From Octopus sinensis (taxonomy: Eukaryota), in the NCBI RefSeq assembly GCF_006345805.1, contig NC_042998.1, positions 45,880,001 through 45,944,000 of the forward strand: a stretch of DNA of 64,000 nt. Reading direction: 5' to 3'. A program made the translations under genes and the position numbers. Below the pieces are notes generated by a model that ran no database searches, had not been told where the DNA came from, and saw only the letters and a list, made by a program, of their open reading frames with translations. Each line of letters begins with the position of its first letter. The first letter of the stretch is position 1. Shown in pieces: positions 51,890 through 64,000 of the stretch.

Positions 51890-53694
51890 TATTGAATAGA
51901 GATCTGCAGAGATAGGAGAGTGGCTAATTAGATTTCATCTATTGAATATGTAATATTGGCATGCATAAAACAGCATCGAATGAGTTGAAGAGATAGGCTG
52001 CATATAAGATACATTGCCTAATGTATGCAAAAGGGTAGGAAAAGAAAAAAGACAGCTGTACTGAAATAAGTAATGAGTGGTGAGTCAAAAATATGTTGAC
52101 AGTGAAAAGTGCTTGAGCAGAAATACTAATACACATAATTTTCAGGTTTGGTTCCATTGGTCAGGTGGCTTCTGCAAGGTGTGGCAAAAACCTCAGAGTC
52201 ACCATCCTTGATAATTGTTTCAACAGCAAATGTAAGGACAAGAAGAAAAAAGAAACCTATAAACCAATTACCATCATAGTTTGGACCTGTATACATTGCA
52301 TGTTTGCTGTTCAAATGTTTATCAAGAATGGTGAATCTGAAGATTTTATGCCAAATACTGTTCAATAGCCCCAAATCAACCAAAGTGGCAGACAGAAACT
52401 AAAAGCATGTCATGTATACAAGGATCCCATCAATTCTTTTACCCATGCTTAATAATAATTTTGAAAAAACCTATTACCAACTTCAGAACAATAAGGAAAT
52501 CATGAAAAATTGTAAGCATCTAGTAACAGAGCTCTGGTATGGGAATTCCAGGGTTTCAAGAAGTGTGGAACCAGCTTTTAGTCACTGTTGTTCTCTGGTC
52601 TATTCTGACCCAGAGTAGTAGCACCTACTATGGTCCCAGCTATGGATTAATTTGCATATGAACCACTGGGAGTGAAAGACTCCCAGTTCTTCTCTGTACT
52701 TCCTTCTAGAAGGTAAACTTGTATATATATATAAAGCCTGATGTGTAGTTTGTTTCTGGTTGTCTCAACCTCTATTGTTCCTCTGGTTTTATGGTTGACT
52801 ACACTGAAAAGTGGGTTCAGTGTTGTGCAACACTTTATCCACTCAAAACAAATTCATGCATAACCTTTTGGACTTGGCATGGACTTACTGAGTTTAGGAA
52901 GTGGTCTTGCTTGGTCACAAGTTGACTTCCACCATGTAGATGTTTCCTTAACTTGACATCACATAATTGTAAATGAGCATCACCATCATACAGGTGGTGT
53001 TCGTTTTAACCAAGGAAAATATTACTTTGCTTGGAAACAGGCGAGAGTTAGCAACAAAAAAAAGGCACCCAGCTATAGAAAGTCTGCCTCGACAAATTCT
53101 GTCTGATGAATGTAAACATGAAAAAGTGTGGACATTAAAATGATTATATATATATATATATATATATAGGCCCTTATTATAAACTGTCAGTGTACTAAAA
53201 TATTTTTTTTAAAGGCCAATAGTAGATTCTGAAAATGCAATCATTAAGTTTTGTTAAATATAGCTAAGGCTGTAATTTAGAAGTTGTCAGCACCAGCTAA
53301 AATCATAAAGTATTTATTTAAGTTATGTGCCAAGTTCAAATCTCATGAAGACCAACATTTTCTCTTTTTTCTATGAAGTACCAAACACTGATATCAATTC
53401 TCTCTTGGAATTGGCTACATTGAAGCAAATAAAATAGCATTTATATCAGGGTTCCATCAATTCTTTCGTCTATGCTTAATTATAATTTTGAAAAAACTTA
53501 TTACCTATTTTAAAACTCATAAGGAAATCATGAAAAGTATAGGTACAAATGAGGTTAAGAAGCTTACCTTGCAACCATGTGGCTTTGGGTTCAGTCTCAA
53601 TGCATGGATACTTGGGCAAATGTCTTCTACTACAGCCCTAGGTTAACAAATGCTTTATGAGTAAATTTGTTAGACAGAAACTGTATGTGTGTAT

Positions 53695-54200
53695 ATCATC
53701 GTTTAACGTCCGTTTTCCGTGCTATCATGGGTTGGACGGTTCGACCGGGGTGTGGGGAGCCAGGGGCTGCCCCAGGCTCCAGTCTGGTCTGGCAGTGTTT
53801 CTACAACTGGATGCCCTTCCTAATGCCAACCACTCCGCGAGTGTAGTGGGTGCTTTTTACGTGCCACCTGCACAGGTGCCAGAGGGGTCTGGCATCGGCC
53901 ACGATCAGTTGGTGCTTGTTTTTTTTTTTTTTGTGCTACCGGCACAGAAGCCAGTCGGGGCGGTGCTGGCATCGGCCACGTTCGGATGTTGCTTTTTATG
54001 TGCCACCGGCACAGAAGCCAGTGGAGGCTGCACTGGCGACGGCCACGTTCGGATGGTGCTTTTTGTGTCACCGGCACAGGTATCACAACTACTACTGTTT
54101 CCATTGATATTTGGTTCGATGTTCATGTACATGCACTTGACTCAACAGGTCTCCTCAAGCACAGCGAGATGTTCCGGGATCCCACGATCGGTTGGTGATT
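53695..54200 (-). mobile_element. 3' UTR portion of the same RTE-type LINE family
   Basis: Matches 49195-49700, including the gtgccaccggcac minisatellite units. Confidence 0.75.
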
Positions 54201-57200
54201 TTTATGTGCCACATATATATATATATATAATCTTAGTGTTAGTCCTTGTCCCCCTCACCTGTGCTTGTGCCATGTAAAAAGCACTCAGTCCATTCTGCTG
54301 GGTGGTTGGTGTTAGGAAGGGCATCTAGCTGTAAAAACCCTGCCAAAACAGACACAGAACTCTGGTGCAGGCTCTTGTCAAACCACCTAACCAATGCTAG
54401 TATGAAAGGTGGACAATGAGGATGATGATGGCTGGTTTAAATGAATACAGTTAAGGATCAGTTAGAATTTGTTGCAAATAGGCATTTGAAGAGGAAACAA
54501 TGAAGTAAAAACTTCTTGAGTTTTGATGTGGAAGAAACATACAAAGTATTATGTACAGGCTCTGGAGTAGGGTTAAATAAATGAAAAGGACAGGAGGAAG
54601 AGAGCTAAGTATGATAAGTGGTGTGAAATTTTGCTTGTTAGGCAAATGTGCTCCTTCTAGTTTTATTGTCTACAATTTGAAAACACCATCCAGCACTGGC
54701 TTAGAAACTTCTTAGGACTATGAATTAAGAGATTTTGTACCATAAAAGTGAAAAAAAGGTTGTAAAGCTTCTATTTGGTAATTGAGGGTTATGTAGGATC
54801 TGTAACTGAGGATTAGGTGTCATGGTTTTGGTTACTGTTTGTGCACCACTACTTTTGTAATGGTTATCTTATTTATGTGTTTCCTATTTGGAAATAGATA
54901 ATAAATATATTTTACTTTTGAAGTAGAGATATATATTGATAAACACGTCACTTATAACTTACTTATAAGTGTCATCATTATACATAAATCCTGACTCCAG
55001 CTACATAAACACCATAGTGAGAAATATATCCTCTGAAACACTAATGGACATTTTATGCGTGCATATATGTTGAAGATATATAAATTCATGTTCTTTTAAC
55101 CGCTATAAAAAAAATAAATTTCCTTAAGTTGAAGAACATGGAGAAAATAATTACTGCATTAGTTTATTTATGCACATTTAGCATTTACAGTACAATTGGA
55201 AAGTAAAGTCATTTTGTCGTTGAGAGTTACGACTTAAAATTTCACACTAGCTAATCCTTCATACTTACTAGAGTTCACAATTCAAATAAATCTTGTTGGA
55301 TTTAAGTCATAGACAAGGCATAAGAAAAATAGCCAATATCTCAAGGAGTGAGTGTCATGGAGTTTAGTAACATCCAACTACCATTGAGTAATTTCTCAAA
55401 AATCAGGGTTTTTATAACTGCTCATATCCGAATTCTAAGAACTGTATTTCGTGAAAAATATCTTTGACAAAAGTTTAGAATTCATATATGGGCAGTAATT
55501 TTAACCAATGGGATTACCAACAATTGTGCTTGTTCGGGAAAACGACCATTACGTCATACTGCCGTCTTTTATGACTTGCTACAGTGGATTCTTGATGTGT
55601 AGTTTTCAGTATAACCTGGGTTAAACAAAAATTACATACAAAGTAATGACTTAAGAAAATCCTATAACACAACCTCAGTCCTGATTGAACCTATGATTAA
55701 AGGCAGCCCAGCCACGACCATCTAGTCCTTTTGTATCCGTTGGACTTCATTTTTCAAATGGTCATTATTTTAAGAAGAAAGTGTAATTTAATGGAATTTG
55801 GACAACAGCAAAGAAGATCCCAAGTTGGATCCTGCTTAACAGGTATCACAGTTCCATGTTGATAGATACGAAGATGATGGAGTGGAACAGAAGTGCATGT
55901 GGTTAGATATAATAGCAAGTGAGCTACTAATGTAGTGAAAGGAGAAGAGTGTGGAAGAAACAACTATTTTAGAATAGAGGTTTGGAAGACTGTTCACACA
56001 TATTGAAACCTGATAAGATGCTTCCAATTTCAGCACTTAATGATGACTAGGCAGTGTTAGACTATATTCATATCAGACAGATTTGAAAACTATTGCTGAG
56101 AATATAGCTTAACTTTTTTAAGACTTTTCATTGGCATGATACCATTGATGAATAATGTAAAAGTAATCCTCAATGGACCTGGTACACCAGAAACAATAGT
56201 AGGTGTCATTGTGGAAAGAAGATTCATATTATGATCATATCTAATAATTTTTTGTGATAGAAGGGAATAATTCACCAAGAACTGCCTTTAACATTTTCAG
56301 TATATGGCTTAGGTTGGACAAATCATACCTACAAATTCATTCTCACTCAACAGTACAGAAATACATATATATATCAGTTGTTTTTCTATGATGCATTTCA
56401 CTAAAATCTTACATCATCTTGAAATGAACTTTTTTTAAATTTTAAAGAAAAAAAGACATGGATAAAGAGACAAAGTACAGAAAATCCCAGTAAGGCAATG
56501 TTTATTGTGGCTACTACATGACTACAATGAAGGGAAGGGAACTATGGCCCAACAAAACTGCAGGGAGGCTTTTATTTTTTGGTTTGTTTGGTAATTTTTT
56601 TAATATTTTTTTTTTTAAAGTTTATAAGAATACTTGATTGATAATTCTGCTGAGAATGTTTAAAGTGAGTAGTAGAGGTCCAAATACTTGGAGTCAATAA
56701 ACTGACAAGAGATGACAATGGAAACAAAGTTGTCATCAAGCGAAAGTAGTCACTTTAACTGATGACAAAATACAGTGCAGTGGTTCAAACAACTTATACT
56801 GGGACAAAGAGGAAAAAAAAACATCAATAACAAAAAGTAATAAACATAGTTGATCAATAAATTAAAAACCCTTACTTTGAAACACTTTAAAAAATCACGA
56901 GAAAGATGGGTGGTGGGGCAACGGGGAATTTTAGAGACAGTAAAAAGGTTCTGTACTGTCTGCCAATAAAATCAGGTATGGTATTTTTTAATAATAATAA
57001 TAAGCATTTGGGAATGAAAGAGAGAGATTTAAGTTGACATACTTAGGGAATAATAAACTGACAATAAATTTATGGTGGTTGGTTCAGTAAGGGTTAAAAA
57101 AAAAATTAACAATTAAAATAAAAGCAGATGTACCATAATGGGCAAAAGTATATAAGCAACCATACACTTAAAAGGAAAAGGCTTAACCTTTTTCTTGGTC

Positions 57201-60200
57201 CAAATAACAGCTGCAATTTATCTTACAAGGGACAAGAAAAAGCCCAATAAATTATATTGCAGTCAATGACAAGCAGTTAATGAATAAAGTCGTAAATTGT
57301 AAAATAATAAAATGTCCAAATAAAATAAACAAAGGTAATAAATATCTACTATTATCCTATTTCCACCCTGACATCACTTAGGATATTATTTCAATTGATT
57401 GTCATAATCAGACAGGGGATGAAGGAAAGCTTAACAAAATCTAAATGTGACAATGAACAGAATTAAGCCAGCCATTTTAGGGTGTCAGCATCAGATAGTT
57501 CCAACAAAATAAGCCTTTAAAAGGAAGCAAAAAGAATGGGTGTTACTCCAAAGATTCAGAACACACTAAGATTAACTTTTCACTTCTAAGTTAATTATAT
57601 TCGCTCCAAAAATCACCCAAAATTGCTTGTGATTAAAAATTTGAAGGTAGTTGAGTGAGACTCTCATTCACAACCAAATAGTTTGATCTGTGGAACAACA
57701 CACTACAGCAACATAACAGATTTGGCAGTATGTAAAATTCTGAAACAGCCTTTCTAGTTCTTGACTTTGCAACAGTGAATGCACTTTCTTACATACAAAC
57801 AAGATCAATCTGTGGAAAGTTAAATGTCAGAAACTAAAGGAGGATTGCTATCAATAAACTGTTTATAAAGTAGCAATAGTTAAGCTTAAGATTTGCCTTT
57901 GATGAAACAAGTTTCTTTTAACCCAGCCTTCCCATCTTAGTTCTTTTGTCAATAATTGAAAAGAGGGAGAGAGAGAGGGAGTGTGTTTGTGTGTAAAGCT
58001 ATGATGTACTTTCCAGCCACAATACGTACATATTTTAAAAACGAAAATGACTGAAAACAAATATCCAAAGTGAGGCACTGTGAAATAAAGTTTCTGCAAT
58101 TGATTTATTGTATAGTCAGATCATTTCTGGCCACCATCCAATAACACAATGGTGTTTGTGTTTCTCAAAGCAAAAAACTGAACATACTTCGGATTGACAA
58201 CTTTACAACCGATAAAACCACAAGTCTTATGAAGGTAATTTAGAATACATTTAATTCACAATATCATGATTTTCTGCAGAAGAGCAATTAACAAACCTTA
58301 AAACCTTGTAAGAAGGCTTGGTTTATTTAGGTTTTAGTACAACTAAACCAATGTATAAACACTACTTTAATAACAAGAAAGCATCATGATGTAAATAGAA
58401 TTTTCATTAAGAATAATTGGTACAGAAGCACTGCTATATCAAAAAATTGAACATAAAACTAACTTCTAAAAAGATACTTTAGGATATATTAAGAGAAAGC
58501 TAAGATTTCAATGAAAACAATCATTTTTGAAATTTTCCTCCCCAGCTTATTAAGACAAAGAGGTGAAACCATTTTTCTCTTTACTGCTAAATAGACTTAG
58601 AGAGATGGCAGTAAGTTAATAACACTAGTTTTAAGCAATAGAGAAAGGGCAATCACATTAAGCCAAAAGCACAAAGAACAAGAACTCTGAAAGAGCACCG
58701 GGTTTTGGAAGAAAGATATTATTAATAGGAAAAAACAGTGAAGAATTGAAAGAAAATTTCGTTTTTTTTTTTTTAATGACGAGTTTTAAAAAAATACAAT
58801 GAAAGTTTTATTATATATTTCTTTCTTGAAATCTATTTTTTTTTTTTTTGTTTGTTTTTAAATTTATTTTCTATTGCCCAATGAATATACCTCTTTGTAA
58901 TCAATCAAGGTTTGAAGCCTTTCATTTATTATGCAGTACCACAGATCATACAATAAGCCAATGTTTAGGCCACTCTGAAAATGCCTGTTATGGCATGAGA
59001 TTTAAGAAAAACTCAGGCATCAAAAAAAAATTAAAAATTAAAATCAAAAATGAAATACAGCAATTAGAAATGAGAAGATCTCAAGTTTTCTTAGACAACA
59101 GCTGCATCATTTCAAATGGTTATACTGTCTTTTTGCTTCAAATGATAATGATGAATTAATGGCATCACAGATATAAAGTTGTCATTGTGAAAACTTTTCA
59201 ACAAAAGCAATGTTGGAGCAAAAGATGTAACTCTTGCACATACTCACCTCTTGCCAAAAGAATAAATAAAAAATACTGATAAAATTTTCTAATATAGACA
59301 TTAGGTTAGTCATATGACTATAAAAATGTAAATTAACTATATGGCATTTAAAATATTATTAACAATATACCCATATGGACATGATCAATAATTTACATAG
59401 AAACATATCTAAGTGTAACTTAATGGCTAGTAAAGAAATTTCATAAAAATTAATACTACAAGTATTTTATTGTAGAATATGCTAGAAAATACCATCAAGA
59501 CAGAAATGACAAAGCTTGAAAATTTAACTAGTTTCTACTTAAAATAGTGTGTGTGTGTGTGTGTGTGGTGTTTGCACACGTATACACAAAAAAAGAACCC
59601 CAGAAAACAATAAAAAGATGAAGTTTTTCATCAATTCATCCAACTACAATGCTGAGATAGTTCTAAATATTTACTGTCATAAAACAAATTCAATTATGGA
59701 ATTTATGATAAATTTAAAATGTCTGACTTTAAGCTGTACAAATCATGAATGAACAAAAAAAATTATTGTATATGAAACATAATAGAGTTTTCATATGGCT
59801 GATTATTCAAAATGTTACTAAGGTAATATTTTAAAGCTCTAAATTTACTTCTGAATCATATCAACATCAAACCACTTATATGTTATTTCTCTTCAATAAA
59901 AATGAAACAACACAAAAAAAAAAAATCCAAATACTAACAACTTTGGCTAATTGCTTTTTTTTTTATACACTTTCCCACAAAGTCAACAGAATCACAGATT
60001 TAAAAATAGATTTTCAGATAAAAATCTGAACCACTGACAGAAAGGTATGGTTCAGATTTTAAAAGTTTTAAGTGATAATTATAATGTCAGCATTTGGTAA
60101 ATAACTTTAATAAGATTTAAGTTCCAATGTAGTAAAAAAAAAAATTAGAGGAAACAAAACTCAGAAAGTAGCAACAATAGACCTCTTGGTGGGTTACAAA

Positions 60201-60320
60201 TTCCCTACTGCATGATGGATTTTACCTGCTACAGTGGAAAAGACTGCATAAATAATGTTTCTTTAGGCATCTCTCCTTATGCCAGTGAAACCTTTCTGCT
60301 TGAGTAGTTGTTGATATTAA

Positions 60321-60529
60321 CCCTTTAGTATTTAAACCGGCCAAAATAGCTAATCTGTTTTATGTTCAAACTGACCAGATTCAGGCTCTCACACCTACCT
60401 TACAATGTTATTCTACATTAAGTAATTACACCATCAAGCTCTTGAAGATATGAGATAATGCATGATTAATTCAAATCAATGGGAATCAATAAGCATTATG
60501 TTTGATAGAATAATCTGAACACTAAAGGG
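60321..60529. mobile_element. piggyBac-like MITE with TTAA TSD
   Basis: TTAA-ccctttagt...actaaaggg-TTAA. Confidence 0.8.
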
Positions 60530-61179
60530 TTAATTAGTAATAGTATTAATAGTTTGTTTCTTACAATAACAGTGATTTCCATTTGATATGTGTTTCTGTC
60601 AGCTGAATTTTAAGAAAATACCCATAAAGTAATATCATTTTAATATTTATGTTGCTATCTTAAAATCTGAAAATTAGCATGTGTGTGTATAAACAAAATC
60701 AATTTTATGGTAGGTCTCAATTAGTGATAATTCTTTTATGATCTTTATATTAAAAATTTGATATCATACAGGTCCACTAAAAATGATTGCTCACTTTAAG
60801 ACTAAACTTCTGCTACCCAACAAGCCCAACACCCTAGTTTGACTAGATGTAAAGAAAAAAAAAAGATTAGAATAAAAAAGAAATTTAAAAAATTTAACAG
60901 AAGAAAAAATTTAAATAGACAATGAAAGAAAGAAACATATTCTCTATCTACATTCTTACAAAACATAATGCACAACTGTGTCTCAGTCCTAACAAAATAT
61001 TAAACAGAAGTATAAGAGACTATATATATATATATATATACACACATATATATATGTATATTTATGTATGTATGTATGTATGTATGTGTGTGTGCATGCG
61101 TGAAATGAGCATGTGTAATGACTGAATGGTTATGACTTGAATATTTCAAAGGAGACATGGTAGTGGTGATAATGGCAAA

Positions 61180-61779
61180 TTATTTCTTTCCCTTGCCACG
61201 ACCACGTCCCCGGCTTCTACTTCGGCTTCTTGTTTTTGTACTGACAACTGGAACTTCTTCCTCTCCTTCAATGGGGAAAACCTCATTTTTCCTTTCCATC
61301 TCCTCTTCGATTGCTGGCCGTTCATCAGCTTCCTCTACCCTCTCAATCTGTTCATCAAGCACAGCAGTTTCCTCTTCCTCTTTCCTCTCTTCCACTTCTT
61401 CACACTCCTCATGTTCGACCTCCTCATTTACTTCCTCCTCTAGCTCTTCTTCCAAGTCTTCAATATTATTATCCTCATCTACAATAGTATCTTCATCTTT
61501 ACTTTCATCTATTAAAGTCTTTTCTAATTCTCCCTCATAGTCTTGATTTTCTTCATCTGATTTCATGTCGGCTTCAAGGCGTTCATCTTTAATTTCTTCA
61601 TCCTCATCATCTTTACAAGCATCTTCCTCCTCCTCCTCATCATCATCTTCAATATGTTCATCATCAACATTTTCTCTTTCTTCTCCATTCTCATTGTTTG
61701 GGTTGTCTTCATCTTTCTCCATTTCAGCTTCAGCAGCTTCCGCCTTTTTCTTAGCTTCAATCTTTTCACGGATGATTTT
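61180..61779 (-). CDS. Last coding exon of a matrin-type zinc-finger protein: acidic tail with RS/RG end
   Basis: Acceptor ttttcag| at 61780, phase 0; 199 codons plus stop; 88/199 residues are D/E; ends TRSRSRSRGRGRGKGKK. Confidence 0.85.
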   Translation of the reverse strand, partial: KIIREKIEAKKKAEAAEAEMEKDEDNPNNENGEERENVDDEHIEDDDEEEEEDACKDDEDEEIKDERLEADMKSDEENQDYEGELEKTLIDESKDEDTIVDEDNNIEDLEEELEEEVNEEVEHEECEEVEERKEEEETAVLDEQIERVEEADERPAIEEEMERKNEVFPIEGEEEVPVVSTKTRSRSRSRGRGRGKGKK

Positions 61780-62457
61780 CTGAAAACAGAAGAAAAAACA
61801 ACATTGCCTAAATATTTTGCAAATCTTTTCTCTACAGTAATTGGAATAATATCTCAATTCAAAATCTCTAAACCATGCTGGTCATTATATTAATTCTGTC
61901 CTAACCTCGATGTTGCATAATTGTCATGCAAGATGTCCTTTGTTTCCAATTTTCCAAGGCATGTCTTGTCACAGGAAAATATTATATTGGGAAATAGGTG
62001 AGGGTTGGCAACAGGAAAAGCATCCTGCTGTAGATCAGTCATGTGATAATGACTAATATATACCCATTATTCATTTTTATGTCTGTTTTCCCAGGCTAAC
62101 ACAGGTTAGACATATATATTAGGTTTTATAGTCGGTGCCCTTCCTGTTGCTAACATTCACTTGTTTTTCAAGTAAAGGATCTCTTATTTCTCATGATTTC
62201 AAAGGCATGAAATATGCAGATGATTTGCTGACAGCAGAAGTGGTAACAATGACACTGCTTGTAGCAAACAATTTTTATAGAGTGCAAATTTAAACAAATA
62301 GACACATACATGCAAAGAGACATACAAATTTCCATCAACCAAATTCACTCACAAAGACCTTTGGTTAACCCAAGAAGACAACTGCTCAAGGGGCCACATA
62401 GTAAAACCAAACCCAAAAAGCACATGGCTGGGCAACAAACTTCTTAACAACACAACC

Positions 62458-62495
<38 letters not shown>

Positions 62496-63915
62496 CTTCA
62501 TCTTGTCATATGATTGCTGTCTTACATTCAGCCTGATTGTCTTGATTTACTTTCATTAATGAATAGTGAGACATCTGTACATCATTAGATTTAAGTGACA
62601 AAAGATGGTACAACACTTCTGCTGCTCCCTCAGTTTCCATGGTAGGTTCCAGCAACAAGCATTGCAAGATGACCGGTACTATTTTCACTGCAAATTTTAT
62701 GTAAAAGTATCTTTCTCTGATACCTTCCTCCATGGCTTTGTCAAAAATAATGGAATCCTCCTCTACTCCTGAGAAATTTATTTAACCTGTAGATGGGACC
62801 TGGACAAGTCAGAACAGACTTGGGAGTGATGGTACCACACTTACCACAACTCTAAAATTGGAGCCTAACCACTGGATGCAGTTTAATGTCATAATCAGAT
62901 ACACACACAGACACTGACATGCATATAAATGGAACATAAAAATGAGATATGAAGTCTACAAGATGCATTGCAGGCTGCAGGTCTAAGAGGTCAGCAGCTC
63001 TGAATAAGAACTGAAACAGGGTAGAGGGGACACAGCAGTAGTCCTACTGGAAACAGCCTTTTCATAGCCAGTATCACAATAAAGATAAAATCCAGCCAGC
63101 TCTCAATAAAAGATAGCCCAAGCAATGAAATTGGACAGTTTTCTCTGTTGCTATGTGTACAAGAAGGTACAGACTGTAATGAGTGATGACTCGTTCAACT
63201 AGGGAAAATGGACAAAAGCTGTTGATGACATGCTGTAATTATAATAAATTATGCAGATTCAAAATTACCAAACAAATTATGTGGCTTCTGCTTTTATGAT
63301 CATTTGCAAAGTTAAAATTTAATATATTTCGCTATATATCGAACAACAAATACTGGTAAAAATGAATGCATCTTTGTGTCTGCATTTTTATACACTAACA
63401 GGGCTTGAACTGATGGTTACAGCACAAGTCAGATTTCATTTGAGGTTACCACCCACTCTGTTAGGTGCATCAAGGATCGACACATCCATATATGACATTT
63501 CTGACAGTTTCTATGGCTGAATGCATTTCCTATTGTCACTCCCTTTACAGAATATTCTGAATGCATATTTATCATGGTACCAACACAATAGAGGTTACCA
63601 TTTCCTCAGTAGGACTAAAGATTCCCTTCTTCCTGTAGAGAGAGAAATAATTCACTTTCACAATAACTATTTAAACAAACTTTTATACAGTGCTTTAACT
63701 GAAAACACATAAACCTATCTTTAGATTCCACAGTCTACTCAGAATGGGAAAGAGATTTAGTCATAAAAAACATGCATGGTTAAAAAAAGAAAATAGCAGC
63801 AAGAACTGTATAAATTCAGTTCTCTGAAAATTCATTTTTACTTCATGTGGACATCTTCACTGTTTATAAAAGAGAGAATAAATCAAATGACATCAGAAAA
63901 TATTTTTTGCTTTAC

Positions 63916-64000
63916 CTCAAATTTTTCGAAGTGACTCTTTGATTGGCAATGGGTGTTTTTCGCAGCATTCTCATTATTATAGAATTTATGACATAACTTG
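63916..64000 (-). CDS. Penultimate coding exon (partial) with a matrin-type C2H2 zinc finger (MATR3/CIZ1/ZNF638/Pep family)
   Basis: KLCHKFYNNENAAKNTHCQSKSHFEKFE, then a phase-0 donor gag|gtaaag; closely resembles the matrin-3 C-terminal finger (CKLC..FY.NE..AKNTHC.S..H) as I recall it. Confidence 0.8.

Noticed and set aside
53657-54277. 206-aa ORF
   Set aside because: It runs antisense through a LINE 3' UTR minisatellite and has no protein features.
61780-61857. Upstream part of ORF 61180-61857
   Set aside because: It is intronic sequence before the ttttcag acceptor.

Overview
AT-rich, microsatellite-dense animal genomic DNA. The SINE and MITE families and the composition suggest an octopus or other coleoid mollusc, which is my inference from pattern recognition. 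Two protein-coding genes are supported. The first is a two-exon DHHC palmitoyltransferase on + (38367-38707 joined to 42718-43228, 283 aa, ZDHHC24-like). The second is the 3' end of a matrin-type zinc-finger gene on - (exons 63916-64000 and 61180-61779) with a 44% D/E tail. The rest is mostly mobile DNA: a near-full-length decayed RTE LINE, a TA-flanked mariner, a DD37D-like remnant, CR1/L2 and RLE-clade LINE fragments, Helitrons (one with a PIF1 helicase remnant), several MITE families and three tRNA-SINE families. Positions 0.7-8.8 kb are a CA-rich complex tandem block array. The most striking unexplained structure is an ~400-bp near-perfect palindrome in the ZDHHC24 intron whose arms carry identical, complete type I hammerhead ribozyme motifs, one per strand. 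Further minimal or degenerate hammerhead motifs occur elsewhere in the window. No CRISPR arrays, rRNA or intact tRNA genes were recognised.
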